A DNA stretch of 64,000 bases, taken from assembly GCA_021784575.1 (NCBI GenBank), contig JAJYHX010000001.1, positions 539,995 through 603,994 on the forward strand, in the 5' to 3' direction. This document shows positions 9,200 to 18,002 of the stretch, piece after piece (position 1 is the first letter of the stretch; each line of letters begins with the position of its first letter). The position numbers were made by a program, and so were the translations under genes. The notes under the pieces are model-generated. The model was not told where the DNA came from, did not search any database, and was given only the letters and a program-made list of their open reading frames with translations. The DNA comes from Nitrospirota bacterium (GTDB taxonomy: Bacteria > Nitrospirota > JACRHJ01).

Positions 9200-9418
9200 A
9201 TGGAAGAGCAATATAAAATCTTTGTATTCAAAAGCACGTACCTCACCTTCAAGGCGGAGCGGGCGCTGAAGGGCGCGCATGTGTCGTGCAAGGTGGTAAC
9301 AAAGCCGCGCGACATAAGCTCGGACTGCGGGCTTGCCATACGCGTCGGCGCGTCGGACGAACAGACAGCCTCCAAAATAATGGGCGATTCAGGCATCACA
9401 AGCCTTGGGGTTTGGTAG
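9200..9418 (+). CDS. DUF3343-like small protein (putative S/Se carrier)
   Basis: 72 aa. The pattern (IFVFKSTYLTFKAERALKGAHVSCKVVTKPRDISSDCGLAIRV) is as I remember DUF3343, and the gene sits next to YedE and the desulfurase. Confidence 0.55.
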   Translation: MEEQYKIFVFKSTYLTFKAERALKGAHVSCKVVTKPRDISSDCGLAIRVGASDEQTASKIMGDSGITSLGVW

Positions 9419-9422
9419 GTTC

Positions 9423-9438
9423 TGGTATGATTCTTGCT
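9423..9438 (+). promoter_or_regulatory. sigma-54 (-24/-12) promoter for the AAA+-like gene
   Basis: TGGTATGATTCTTGCT has GG-N10-GC spacing and lies 43 nt upstream of the ATG at 9481. Confidence 0.55.
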
Positions 9439-9480
9439 CTATTTTCCCTGTAAATTATCCACTATCCGGAGAATCGCCTG

Positions 9481-10371
9481 ATGCACAAGCTCTTGTCGAA
9501 CATATATTACGAAGTCCGCGAGCCGAGGATGAAGTGGGACGATATAGGCGGTTTCGAGGACGTGAAGGCCATATTGAAAGAGATGGTCTGCCTGCCGCTC
9601 ACGAAGGGGCCGGAACTTCTCGATATGAACGTCGAGATCCCTTCCGGAGTTATGATATGGGGGCCTCTCGGAGTCGGCATAACTATGCTTGCGGAGGCCT
9701 GCGCGTCGGAGGCAGGCGTCGGATATGTCTACATTTCCGGGCAGGAGATGCTCGGCAAGCCGGAGGCCCTGAGGCGCGCGTTCCACGAGGCCCGGCACGA
9801 GGCCCCGTGCGTCCTTTTCATCTCCGATACGGAGTGGCTCTGCCCACGGAAGGGCGCCGACTACGAGTGGGAGGCCGGGAATTTCCGCGGGATTCCGCCT
9901 ACTTTTGCCGACAAGGAGCTCTCCGAGACGTTTATACAGGAGATAGACCGGCTCCACGGCGTCCGGGATGTCGCGCTGGTCGGCTCCTGCTACAGGATAG
10001 ACACGGTAGACCAGGCGATTATCAAGGAAAAACGCAGGTTTAACCGCAAGGTGTTCATGCACCCGCCAACGGTGGACGACAGGAAGGGCATCCTGAACGT
10101 ATACTTTGAGAAAATGAAGCTTTACGAGAAGGTGGAAGACGACGTGACCATAGCCCGTCTGTCTGAATTGACGGAGGGTTACGTCGGATGGGACATCGAA
10201 TCTCTCTGCAAGCGCGCGGGGCTTTCCGCCGTGAAATCCGGCGAACGGGTAATAGGCATGAGGCATTTCGAGGCCGCGCTGAAGGAGATTGAACCTTGGC
10301 TTTCCCCCGGCATGAACAGGAAATATTACGAGCTTCGGGACAGGGATTGCCCGCACCACTACGCCTTCTGA
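9481..10371 (+). CDS. AAA+ (CDC48/FtsH-type) domain protein with degenerate Walker A and B
   Basis: 296 aa with AAA+ architecture (WDDIGGFEDVK..., C-terminal helical lid). Walker A reads GPLGVGIT (no Lys) and Walker B reads VLFISDTEW. Confidence 0.7.
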   Translation: MHKLLSNIYYEVREPRMKWDDIGGFEDVKAILKEMVCLPLTKGPELLDMNVEIPSGVMIWGPLGVGITMLAEACASEAGVGYVYISGQEMLGKPEALRRAFHEARHEAPCVLFISDTEWLCPRKGADYEWEAGNFRGIPPTFADKELSETFIQEIDRLHGVRDVALVGSCYRIDTVDQAIIKEKRRFNRKVFMHPPTVDDRKGILNVYFEKMKLYEKVEDDVTIARLSELTEGYVGWDIESLCKRAGLSAVKSGERVIGMRHFEAALKEIEPWLSPGMNRKYYELRDRDCPHHYAF

Positions 10372-10610
10372 GCGGCAAAAAAACGGTCCGGTTTTTCTTT
10401 GCGCGCTTTCTTTTCACCCGGAAAGAAAGTAAGTTTTTGCCAGGATAGACAATATCTTGTCACCGGGGCGAGGGGCGCGGGAGGCCCGGTCACTGTGCAA
10501 AAACGCGCAGCTGTTGCGGGAATTTCATCAGTTTCAATGCGGCGGACGTGGCCGAGTTCCGTATCTGGTTGATAATAAAGGCTTAAATAAATCCGGCGCG
10601 TATCCCATAT

Positions 10611-10626
10611 TGGTTCGATTTTTGCA
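10611..10626 (+). promoter_or_regulatory. sigma-54 (-24/-12) promoter at the head of the paralogue array
   Basis: TGGTTCGATTTTTGCA has GG-N10-GC spacing and a TTGCAT -12 box. It sits in a 289-bp intergenic region. Confidence 0.6.
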
Positions 10627-10659
10627 TAATGCTCGGAAGGGAGCAGTTTATCTTAGTGA

Positions 10660-11505
10660 TTGACGAGTAAGGCCGCTTCTGTTAACAATATAAGAATCAA
10701 CGGGGTAGAGATAGTGAAGAGTCAGGTGAAGTGGGGTGTTGTTCGCTTCAAGATCGCCGCTTATGTCGCTGTTGCGGCGGTTGTTGTCCTTGCGTTAATC
10801 GGTCTTGGCGGCTGTGCGACTTCCGCCGGCAGGTCTGCCGGCTCGGCCTCCGCTTCCGGCGTCCGGGGCGTTGTGACGACGCCTGTCGAGGGCGCATACA
10901 TATTCGTCTACGAGAAGGGCGCGGAGCCTCACGGCCCGCCTTATGTCATGTCCGAGCCCACGAAGGCCGACGGCAGTTTTGAGGTCGGTCTCCCCGACGG
11001 CGAGTATACGATAGTCGCCCGCAAGCACAAGGACGGCGAGCCGGGAAGCCCGCTCAGGGAAGGCGTGGACAAGAAAAGCCCGATGGCGGATATTATCGTG
11101 AAAAAAGGCGTTATCCAGACGCAGAACTTCGTCATCAGGACGAAGGAGGACGACAAGAAATATTTCGGCGCCTGGGCGCCCTCCGATACGTCCATATCCG
11201 GGAAGATACTCGACAGCGACGGCAACCCCATGAAGAACTTCCGCGTGCAGGTATACACATACGCGCAGATGTCGGAGAGGCCGAAGTACGTATCCGACAA
11301 GACCGGGCCGGACGGCAAATTCGTCGTATACCTCCCGAAGGGCGGGACTTATTACCTCCAGGCGCGGGATACTTTCGGAGGCCCCCCGAAGGTGGGCGAT
11401 TTTTATGGCAGGTACGACGAAGGGACGGTTGACCCGTCGGGTGTTATGCTGAGGAAGGGTCAGAAGATAAAGGACATAGATATAACGGTGCACAAGGTCT
11501 GGTAA
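10660..11505 (+). CDS. lipoprotein with 2 transthyretin/CarboxypepD_reg-like repeats
   Basis: Lipobox LIGLGGC. Repeats are seen in GVRGVVTTPVEGAYIFVY...DGSFEV..GEYTIVARKH and ISGKILDSDGNPMKNFRVQVY...DGKFVVYLPKGGTYYLQAR. The start is uncertain (TTG 10660, GTG 10714 or GTG 10726). Confidence 0.7.
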   Translation: MTSKAASVNNIRINGVEIVKSQVKWGVVRFKIAAYVAVAAVVVLALIGLGGCATSAGRSAGSASASGVRGVVTTPVEGAYIFVYEKGAEPHGPPYVMSEPTKADGSFEVGLPDGEYTIVARKHKDGEPGSPLREGVDKKSPMADIIVKKGVIQTQNFVIRTKEDDKKYFGAWAPSDTSISGKILDSDGNPMKNFRVQVYTYAQMSERPKYVSDKTGPDGKFVVYLPKGGTYYLQARDTFGGPPKVGDFYGRYDEGTVDPSGVMLRKGQKIKDIDITVHKVW

Positions 11506-11532
11506 TTTTTTAAATCCTGAAAGGAGGGTTTT

Positions 11533-13185
11533 ATGAAGGTTATCGGCAGGTTTGCGATGCTGGCCCTGCTGGTCGGGCTGGTCATCTATGCCGCATCCGC
11601 CAATGCGGCAAAGAACTTCCACTTCTTCCGGAACGTGGCGAAAGAGGCGGGGGTTGACGACAACGGGCACGGCAAGGGCGTGATACTGTTCGACTACGAC
11701 GGCGATGGACGGCCCGATATTTTCAAGTCCAACAAGGGCGGCCATAACGTCCTTTATCACAACGACGGCAACGGCCATTTCTCCAATGTAACCGTGAAGG
11801 CCGGGTTGTGGGACACCGGTTTCTCGATGGGTTCCGTGATGGGCGACCTCACTAACGACGGCCACGAGGACTTAATCGTCGCCAAGGGCGGCAGGTACGA
11901 GGTTGATTCCGTAAGGGTCTACAAGGGCCTGGGGGGCGGCAAGTTCAAGGACGTTACAGAGTCCTCGGGTCTCGCCGGCTACAAGGACTTCACCTACGGC
12001 GCGCTCCTTTGCGACTTCGACCACGACGGTAAGCTCGACCTCTTCCTCTCCAACTACGGCGTGCACAGCGAGGACAGGCTCTTCCATAACGAGTCCACCC
12101 CCGGCCACATCAAGTTCCGGGACGTAACGAAGCAGGCCGGACTCGGCAAGGTGCGCGGCTGGAGCTGGAGCGCGCAGGCGGTGGACGTTAACGAGGACGG
12201 CTGGGACGACCTCTACGTCTGCCGGGGCCGCTATCCCGCGGGCGAGCCGAACAAGCTCTACTTAAACGTCAGCACGCCCGGTCATATCAGGTTTGCGGAC
12301 TACTCCAAACAGTCCGGGCTTGACGACCCGAACTGGACCCTCGGCGCGGCCTGGGCGGACTACGACCACTCCGGCCACATGAGCGTCTACATCTCTAATT
12401 ATGTCGGCCCCAACAGGCTTATGAAGGGCGACGGCACCGGGCACTTCACGGACGTTACCCACTTCGCCGGGCTCGACGACAAGCCCGACCACTGGGGAAA
12501 AGGCCCGTGCTGGGTGGACATCAACAACTCCGGCTACCCCTCTCTATACGAGGCGGACTGCAAGTTCGCAAGCCAGCTCTACTTAAACGACCGTAACGGC
12601 AAGTTCACGAACATTACGGAGCAGAACCCGGATTGCAAGATGACGGCCTTCCGCAAGAAAGGCGTGGCCTGCGGAGACCTCTTCGGCAACGGCTCTCTCG
12701 ACCTCTACGTCGTCAACTGGGCCGAGCCTGCCGCGCTTCTTAAGAACCTGAACGTCAACAAGAACTGGATAGAAGTTGACGCCAAAGGCACTGTCAGCAA
12801 CATGGACGGCGTAGGCACCATGGTGCGCGTCTTCGATGCCGGGCACATGGGCGACATGAGGCACTACAGGGGCGAGAGCGAAGTCCAGACCGCGACCGGC
12901 TTCTGCGCCCAGAACCCACTTACCCAGCACTTCGGCGTAAACCACAGGCGCAACTACGACATCGAGGCGGTATTCCCGAGCGGGCTTATAGCCTACAGAC
13001 TGAATGTCCACACCGCCCAGAGGATAAAGATAGTAGAGCCAGGCTCCCTGGCCATGCAGAAGAAGCTCTACCCGATGGCCCTGGCGTCCAATGGTCTTCG
13101 CTATCCGCTCTCCGTGGCCGTGGCCTCTCCCTATAACCCCGGCATGAGCGACGTGTTCAATGCGAGCGCCTGCGCGAAATACTAA
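11533..13185 (+). CDS. FG-GAP/VCBS repeat protein with ASPIC/UnbV C-terminus (CRTAC1-like)
   Basis: 550 aa with a signal peptide and repeated DxDGDGxxD(I/L)(F/Y) motifs (DYDGDGRPDIF, DFDHDGKLDLF, NEDGWDDLYV). The C-terminus reads NWIEVDAKG...DGVGTMVRVF. Confidence 0.8.
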   Translation: MKVIGRFAMLALLVGLVIYAASANAAKNFHFFRNVAKEAGVDDNGHGKGVILFDYDGDGRPDIFKSNKGGHNVLYHNDGNGHFSNVTVKAGLWDTGFSMGSVMGDLTNDGHEDLIVAKGGRYEVDSVRVYKGLGGGKFKDVTESSGLAGYKDFTYGALLCDFDHDGKLDLFLSNYGVHSEDRLFHNESTPGHIKFRDVTKQAGLGKVRGWSWSAQAVDVNEDGWDDLYVCRGRYPAGEPNKLYLNVSTPGHIRFADYSKQSGLDDPNWTLGAAWADYDHSGHMSVYISNYVGPNRLMKGDGTGHFTDVTHFAGLDDKPDHWGKGPCWVDINNSGYPSLYEADCKFASQLYLNDRNGKFTNITEQNPDCKMTAFRKKGVACGDLFGNGSLDLYVVNWAEPAALLKNLNVNKNWIEVDAKGTVSNMDGVGTMVRVFDAGHMGDMRHYRGESEVQTATGFCAQNPLTQHFGVNHRRNYDIEAVFPSGLIAYRLNVHTAQRIKIVEPGSLAMQKKLYPMALASNGLRYPLSVAVASPYNPGMSDVFNASACAKY

Positions 13186-13303
13186 TAGGGGCAGGTGGTC
13201 AAGCGGGTGGAGGTGCGAGACTGGAAGGATGGGGGGAAGGCAATTTGACGCCCGGAGAAATGGAGAGCCGCCTTCCCCGGTTTGGACATGATTAAATAAA
13301 TCA

Positions 13304-13345
13304 GCCGCCTATGGGTAAGTTCAGCCCGTAGGCGGCCTGTTTTTG
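13304..13345 (+). terminator. rho-independent terminator
   Basis: GCCGCCTATGGG (13304-13315) pairs with CCCGTAGGCGGC (13325-13336) with one G-T pair, followed by CTGTTTTT. Confidence 0.7.
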
Positions 13346-13376
13346 TAACGCCGGCACTATAACGGCCCGGAGCAAT

Positions 13377-14483
13377 ATGAGAGTCTCAGCGATAAAAAAC
13401 GCGGTATTGGTTTTCCTGATATGCGCCCTGTGTTGTCTTGTTTTTCCAGCCGCCTCTTCCGCCGCACAGACAGGCTTTGTCACGGGCAGGGTCATGTTCC
13501 ACGCGAAGCCTATGCCGGGCGCTTCGGTATATGCATATACCGACCCGGCAGACCTCTTCAGAAAGGAGTCCGCGCCGTCCGTGATAAGCGGCCCCGACGG
13601 CACGTTCAAAATGAAGCTCGCACGCGGGTCTTTTTATCTCGCGGCAATGAAAAAACTTACCGGGCCCGGCAAGGATGCCGCCGGTCGACCTGTCCCAGGG
13701 GATCTCTACGCCTTCTACGGCGGGAACCCCGTCATGATCGACCCGTTCAGGACTGCGAAGATAACCATAAACCTGATGGTAAAACCGAAAAACCGGAAAT
13801 CCGCGCCTTGCGAATTAAAAGGAAAAGGCGGCGTCGAGGGAACCGTCACGCTCGACGGCAAACCTCTCGACGGCGTTACGCTTTACATTTACCTCGACTC
13901 CAACAGCTCCTTCAGGGGCCTCGGATATTACATGTCCCCGCCTACCGGCGTGGATGGCCGCTTCAAAATGAGGATGAACGAGGGGACGTATTACCTTGTG
14001 GCGAGGAAGCGGATGAACAGGGAGGTTACGGGCCCGCTTAAGGCGGGGGATTACTACGGCTATCTGGATACGAACCCCCTCGTGGTGCGCAAGGGAAAGG
14101 TGTTGCGCGTCGAGTTCCCGGTGATGATGAAAGTGGAAAAGGCCGCGCCGGGCGGGCAGGGCTTTACCATCGTCTCCGGGACCATAAAGGACAAAAGCGG
14201 GAAGCCGCTTAAAGGTATGTACGCCTGCCTGTATAAGAACGACACGATGACCAACCGGCCAGCGATAGTCTCCGGCAAGACCGGCGCGGACGGGGTTTTT
14301 CGCCTGGAAGTGCCGTTTTCCGGCAAATATTATCTCGGTGCAAGGAGTGTCCTCGGCAAGCCCGTTGACAACGGCCAGTACTGGGGGCGCTACGACGGAA
14401 ACCCCGACCATTCCGTGGTCATCGTAGCCGGGAAGACGGTCGGCGGCCTCGACATAACGGCAGACATTGTGGGCGGGAAATGA
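13377..14483 (+). CDS. exported protein with 3 transthyretin/CarboxypepD_reg-like repeats
   Basis: 368 aa with a signal peptide and three ~110-aa units, each with a G.V...GKP..G..VY.Y core plus YYLVARKR...GPL.AGDYYGY..NP. Confidence 0.75.
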   Translation: MRVSAIKNAVLVFLICALCCLVFPAASSAAQTGFVTGRVMFHAKPMPGASVYAYTDPADLFRKESAPSVISGPDGTFKMKLARGSFYLAAMKKLTGPGKDAAGRPVPGDLYAFYGGNPVMIDPFRTAKITINLMVKPKNRKSAPCELKGKGGVEGTVTLDGKPLDGVTLYIYLDSNSSFRGLGYYMSPPTGVDGRFKMRMNEGTYYLVARKRMNREVTGPLKAGDYYGYLDTNPLVVRKGKVLRVEFPVMMKVEKAAPGGQGFTIVSGTIKDKSGKPLKGMYACLYKNDTMTNRPAIVSGKTGADGVFRLEVPFSGKYYLGARSVLGKPVDNGQYWGRYDGNPDHSVVIVAGKTVGGLDITADIVGGK

Positions 14484-16474
14484 CAGGTGCGGGACGACAA
14501 TCATTAACGACATGGATGTTCGTAATATTTTTCGCCTTTTCCCTTCCGCTTTCCGCGTCTGCCGCGGGACCTGCCGTATATAATAAATCCAATTCCACCA
14601 TAACAAAAGATACCACCTGGAGCGGGACGGTTCTGGTGGATTGCGTGGTGTTCGTGCCGGATGGCGTGACGCTGAAAGTCGCGCCCGGAACCACCGTGCT
14701 CTTCAAAAAAATCGCCGCGCCGCCCGGAAACGCCCGGGAATCGTCCCGGATTCTAATTCCCGGAAGCGGTATACGGGTCGAAGGGAAGATTATAGCCGAG
14801 GGCGAAAAAGGCAGGGAAATAACCCTTACCTCCGCCGAGAAGACGCCCAAACCGGGCGACTGGGGCTGTGTTTTTATTGACCACTCCGCGGGAAATGTTT
14901 TTTCCCGGTGCCGGTTTATGTATTCCGCGTATACGATTCACGCGCACTTCTCGCGCCTGTCCGTTTCCCGCTGTGTCATCACGAAAAACATCGACGGGAG
15001 CCGCCTTGGAATTTGCAGGGCGAGCTTCGATCACTGCAACATAAAAAATAACTCCGGCAAGGGGCTGAACTTCTGGCAATCGAAGGTCGATGTGACATTC
15101 TGTAACATTACGGGCAACTGGGACGGGATATTTTTAAACGCAAAGGACTCCGCCTGCAACATCGAGCACAATAATATCTGCGGCAATCGCGGGATGAATT
15201 TGCGTCTTGGGGATTTCCACAAGGACAACATAAAGCTCTCCGAGGACTGGTGGGGGGCGGCGGATCCGGCGAAAATCAGAAAGAAAATCTACGACAAGGC
15301 CCAAGACCCGGCGGTAGGCAGGGCGGATATTATACTTCCGCTCTCGCGGGAAGTCCTTGGCGCGGGGCCTGACGGGCCCGGGATAAAAATAAAGTGGAAG
15401 TTCAAGGCCGGTGCATATGTCGACGGCGGCGCGGTGGAGGCTAACGGCGCGGTATATTTCGGCTCGTGGGACAAAAACTTCTATGCCGTCCGCGCGGACG
15501 ACGGCAGGTTAATCTGGAAATTCGACGCCGGGGACTGCGTGGACTCTACCCCGGCGATTGCGGACGGGAATGTCTATTTCGGTTCCTGGAACCGGTATAT
15601 CTACTGCCTGAACGAAAAAAACGGGAAACTTGTCTGGAAATTCCGCATGCCGCCAAGCAACTTCGACGACCATCGGCAGGCGTCGCCGGTTGTTTATGAC
15701 AACGTGGTTTATATGGGCGGGTTCAATGGGGTTATTTACGCCCTGAATGCCGAAACCGGCGGGAAAATATGGGAATTCAAAACCCACGGGCCTGTCCGGA
15801 GCAGGCTTCTTCTGTCTTCGTGGGCGTCGCCCGGCATTAAGCCGCAAGGCAAGCTTCCATGTATTTATTTCGGTTCCGGCGACAAGTTCTTGTATTCGCT
15901 TGGGCTTGCCGACGCTCATGTGTGCCGGGAGATCAAAACCGGCGGCGCCGTTCTCAGCTCTCCCGCCTTCGACAACACGAAAACCACGGCCTCCTGCGTT
16001 TATTTCGGCTCCGCGGACGGCAAAGTCTATTGTTTTAACGAGGTTACCGGGCAAATCCTATGGGAATACGACACCCACTCCATAATTGTATATTCCTCTC
16101 CTTTAATCCTCGCCAATCTCGTCTGCATCGGCGATTGCGCCGGGACACTCAACGCCGTGGATAAAAATACCGGCAAGGCTGTCTGGAAATTCACCGGAGG
16201 GGGTGTCATATATTCGTCACCCGTGGCGGCCCGGGCTGGTCGACCGGCGGCGGGGGCCACATCGGGCCGTGCTGTCGAAGTGGCTTCAGGAGCGAAAATA
16301 CTTTACGGAGACAACTCCGGCGATGTATACTGTCTCAATCCTAACACCGGGGGATTGCTGGCTTTTTTCAAGGCCGGCAACGCCGTGCAGAACATTACGG
16401 CCAGCCCCGGCGGGGCTACGGTATACGCTTCTTCCCGTGACGGTTATCTCTATGCCCTGACGGTTTTGGAGTAG
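14480..16474 (+). CDS. exported fusion protein: NosD-like right-handed beta-helix + PQQ/BamB-like beta-propeller
   Basis: 664 aa, with an ATGA overlap with the previous gene and a signal peptide. The N-terminal module is TTWSGTVLV...LKVAPGTTVLF...PGDWG, followed by beta-helix turns and DWWGAADPAKIRKKIYDK. The C-terminal repeats are of the GAVYFGSWDKNFYAV..DGRLIWKF type. Confidence 0.75.
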   Translation: MTGAGRQSLTTWMFVIFFAFSLPLSASAAGPAVYNKSNSTITKDTTWSGTVLVDCVVFVPDGVTLKVAPGTTVLFKKIAAPPGNARESSRILIPGSGIRVEGKIIAEGEKGREITLTSAEKTPKPGDWGCVFIDHSAGNVFSRCRFMYSAYTIHAHFSRLSVSRCVITKNIDGSRLGICRASFDHCNIKNNSGKGLNFWQSKVDVTFCNITGNWDGIFLNAKDSACNIEHNNICGNRGMNLRLGDFHKDNIKLSEDWWGAADPAKIRKKIYDKAQDPAVGRADIILPLSREVLGAGPDGPGIKIKWKFKAGAYVDGGAVEANGAVYFGSWDKNFYAVRADDGRLIWKFDAGDCVDSTPAIADGNVYFGSWNRYIYCLNEKNGKLVWKFRMPPSNFDDHRQASPVVYDNVVYMGGFNGVIYALNAETGGKIWEFKTHGPVRSRLLLSSWASPGIKPQGKLPCIYFGSGDKFLYSLGLADAHVCREIKTGGAVLSSPAFDNTKTTASCVYFGSADGKVYCFNEVTGQILWEYDTHSIIVYSSPLILANLVCIGDCAGTLNAVDKNTGKAVWKFTGGGVIYSSPVAARAGRPAAGATSGRAVEVASGAKILYGDNSGDVYCLNPNTGGLLAFFKAGNAVQNITASPGGATVYASSRDGYLYALTVLE

Positions 16475-16482
16475 TAATTTCA

Positions 16483-16498
16483 GGGCACGGAAATTGCA
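16483..16498 (+). promoter_or_regulatory. sigma-54 (-24/-12) promoter
   Basis: GGGCACGGAAATTGCA is a near-consensus GGCACG-N4-TTGCA. It lies 72 nt upstream of the ATG at 16570. Confidence 0.7.
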
Positions 16499-16569
16499 TT
16501 TCACGATAGAGTTGGCGTGTTCTGGAAGAAACATTTGAAGAAACATTTAAGGTATAAGCGGGCTTTTTT

Positions 16570-17970
16570 ATGGATTTCCGGTTTTTAAAATTTTCTTTTG
16601 CCGCGGCGGGGTTTGTTGCGGCATTAATTTCCTCTTCTGCCGCCGCGGACATGGCGGTAAACCAGCCTATTGTTTTAAGCAAGGATACAGTCTGGTCGGG
16701 GAGGGTGAGCGTCGTGCAGGCGGTGAAAGTGCCCAAGAAGGTTAAGCTAAGGATAATGCCGGGGACGATGATAAAGTTCGGCGACAAGGCGGGGCTGACC
16801 GTCGAAGGAGTCCTGAAGGCGGCGGGGACGAAGTCCGCTCCGATTACCTTCACGTCTGTGGACAAGTCCCCAGTGGATGGGTGCTGGCCGGGCATAAACT
16901 TCAGCGAATCTGGAAAAGGCTCCGAGCTTAAGAGGTGCGTAATCTCCTATGCCGCTTCGATAAGCATAGACTCCTGCTCGCCGGAGATTAAAAACTGCAC
17001 GATTACACAGGGCCGGCAGGGAATAGAGCTTGCGAGAAAGGCAAAGCCGGTGATTTCCGGGAATACCATCCGGGACATTGCCGGATCTGGCATAAGCTGC
17101 CAGATGGGCTCATTCCCGACCATAGCCGGGAACACCATAGCCGGGTGCAGGCAATACGGCATTTTTTCTTCCCAGAATGCGGAGCCGCTTATAAAAAACA
17201 ATACCATTACCGGCTGCGATACCGGAATATCCGTCCAGGCGGCCCAGATCATAGAGGGAAACGTAATAAAAGACAGCAAGTGCGGCCTGTTCGCCAGCAT
17301 CGCCGGGAATGTCTTTGCCATCAAGGGCAACCGTTTCATAAACAGCGTAACGGGCGCGGTATGCCAGCAGTATACCTCTCCGGTATTCGAGAAAAACGAG
17401 TTTACGGGGAACAAGGAGGGCCTGGTGTGCTTCCGGGCGTCCAGCCCTCTTGTAAAAAACAACGATTTTTACAAGAACAAGAAAGCGATTCTCTGCATCC
17501 AGATATCCCACCCGACCATCACCGCCAACAACATACACGACAACGGCAAAGGGATATACCTGCATCTCTCATCCTACGCCCTGATAAACGGCAATAACAT
17601 CTGGGACAACAAAATCCAGGTGGAGCTCGGCAACATGTCGTCGGACTGGGAGCGCCGGGTCAAGAATAAGCCGACAAGGGGGCGCCAGGCCCAGAATATC
17701 AACATGGTAAGCCGGGCAAAGGCGGTGCCTGAAAAGCTGAGCGACGGGGCGAAGATAATGGGCAGCGTGGACGCCACCGGCAACTGGTGGGGCGCGGACG
17801 TTACGCGGGAAATGGACAGCAAGGGGCCGCAGGCAAACATAAAAAGCCTCATAGACGGTTACGACCGCCCGACGCGCACCTACAAAGGCTACTCCGGCGT
17901 ATACCTCGAAGACCGCATAAATTACAGAGGCTGGAAAAAGACAAGAATAAAAGACGCCGGGATTAATTAG
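16570..17970 (+). CDS. exported right-handed parallel beta-helix (NosD-like) protein
   Basis: 466 aa with a signal peptide, the shared N-terminal module (DTVWSGRVSV...LRIMPGTMIKF...ITFTS), many ~23-aa beta-helix turns (I.GN.I...) and NWWGADV near the C-terminus. Confidence 0.8.
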   Translation: MDFRFLKFSFAAAGFVAALISSSAAADMAVNQPIVLSKDTVWSGRVSVVQAVKVPKKVKLRIMPGTMIKFGDKAGLTVEGVLKAAGTKSAPITFTSVDKSPVDGCWPGINFSESGKGSELKRCVISYAASISIDSCSPEIKNCTITQGRQGIELARKAKPVISGNTIRDIAGSGISCQMGSFPTIAGNTIAGCRQYGIFSSQNAEPLIKNNTITGCDTGISVQAAQIIEGNVIKDSKCGLFASIAGNVFAIKGNRFINSVTGAVCQQYTSPVFEKNEFTGNKEGLVCFRASSPLVKNNDFYKNKKAILCIQISHPTITANNIHDNGKGIYLHLSSYALINGNNIWDNKIQVELGNMSSDWERRVKNKPTRGRQAQNINMVSRAKAVPEKLSDGAKIMGSVDATGNWWGADVTREMDSKGPQANIKSLIDGYDRPTRTYKGYSGVYLEDRINYRGWKKTRIKDAGIN

Positions 17971-18002
17971 AAAAATTGGGTCATTCCGAAAGGGGTTTAT
18001 TG

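Noticed and set aside
6680-10371. Selenocysteine recoding (an in-frame TGA joining adjacent ORFs, with a SECIS hairpin) near the YedE module.
   Set aside because: No pair of same-frame ORFs separated by a single TGA was noticed. A dedicated SECIS/selenoprotein scan was not possible here.
10457-10663. 68-aa ORF in the spacer upstream of the paralogue array.
   Set aside because: It has a non-ATG start, no SD, and Arg/Gly-rich composition. It also overlaps the predicted sigma-54 promoter and the candidate UAS.
13352-13368. Sigma-54-like element CGGCACTATAACGGCC upstream of the gene at 13377.
   Set aside because: It has a good GGCAC -24 half, but the -12 is CGGC. The predicted transcription start would fall at or after the Shine-Dalgarno (GGAG 13367-13370) and ATG.
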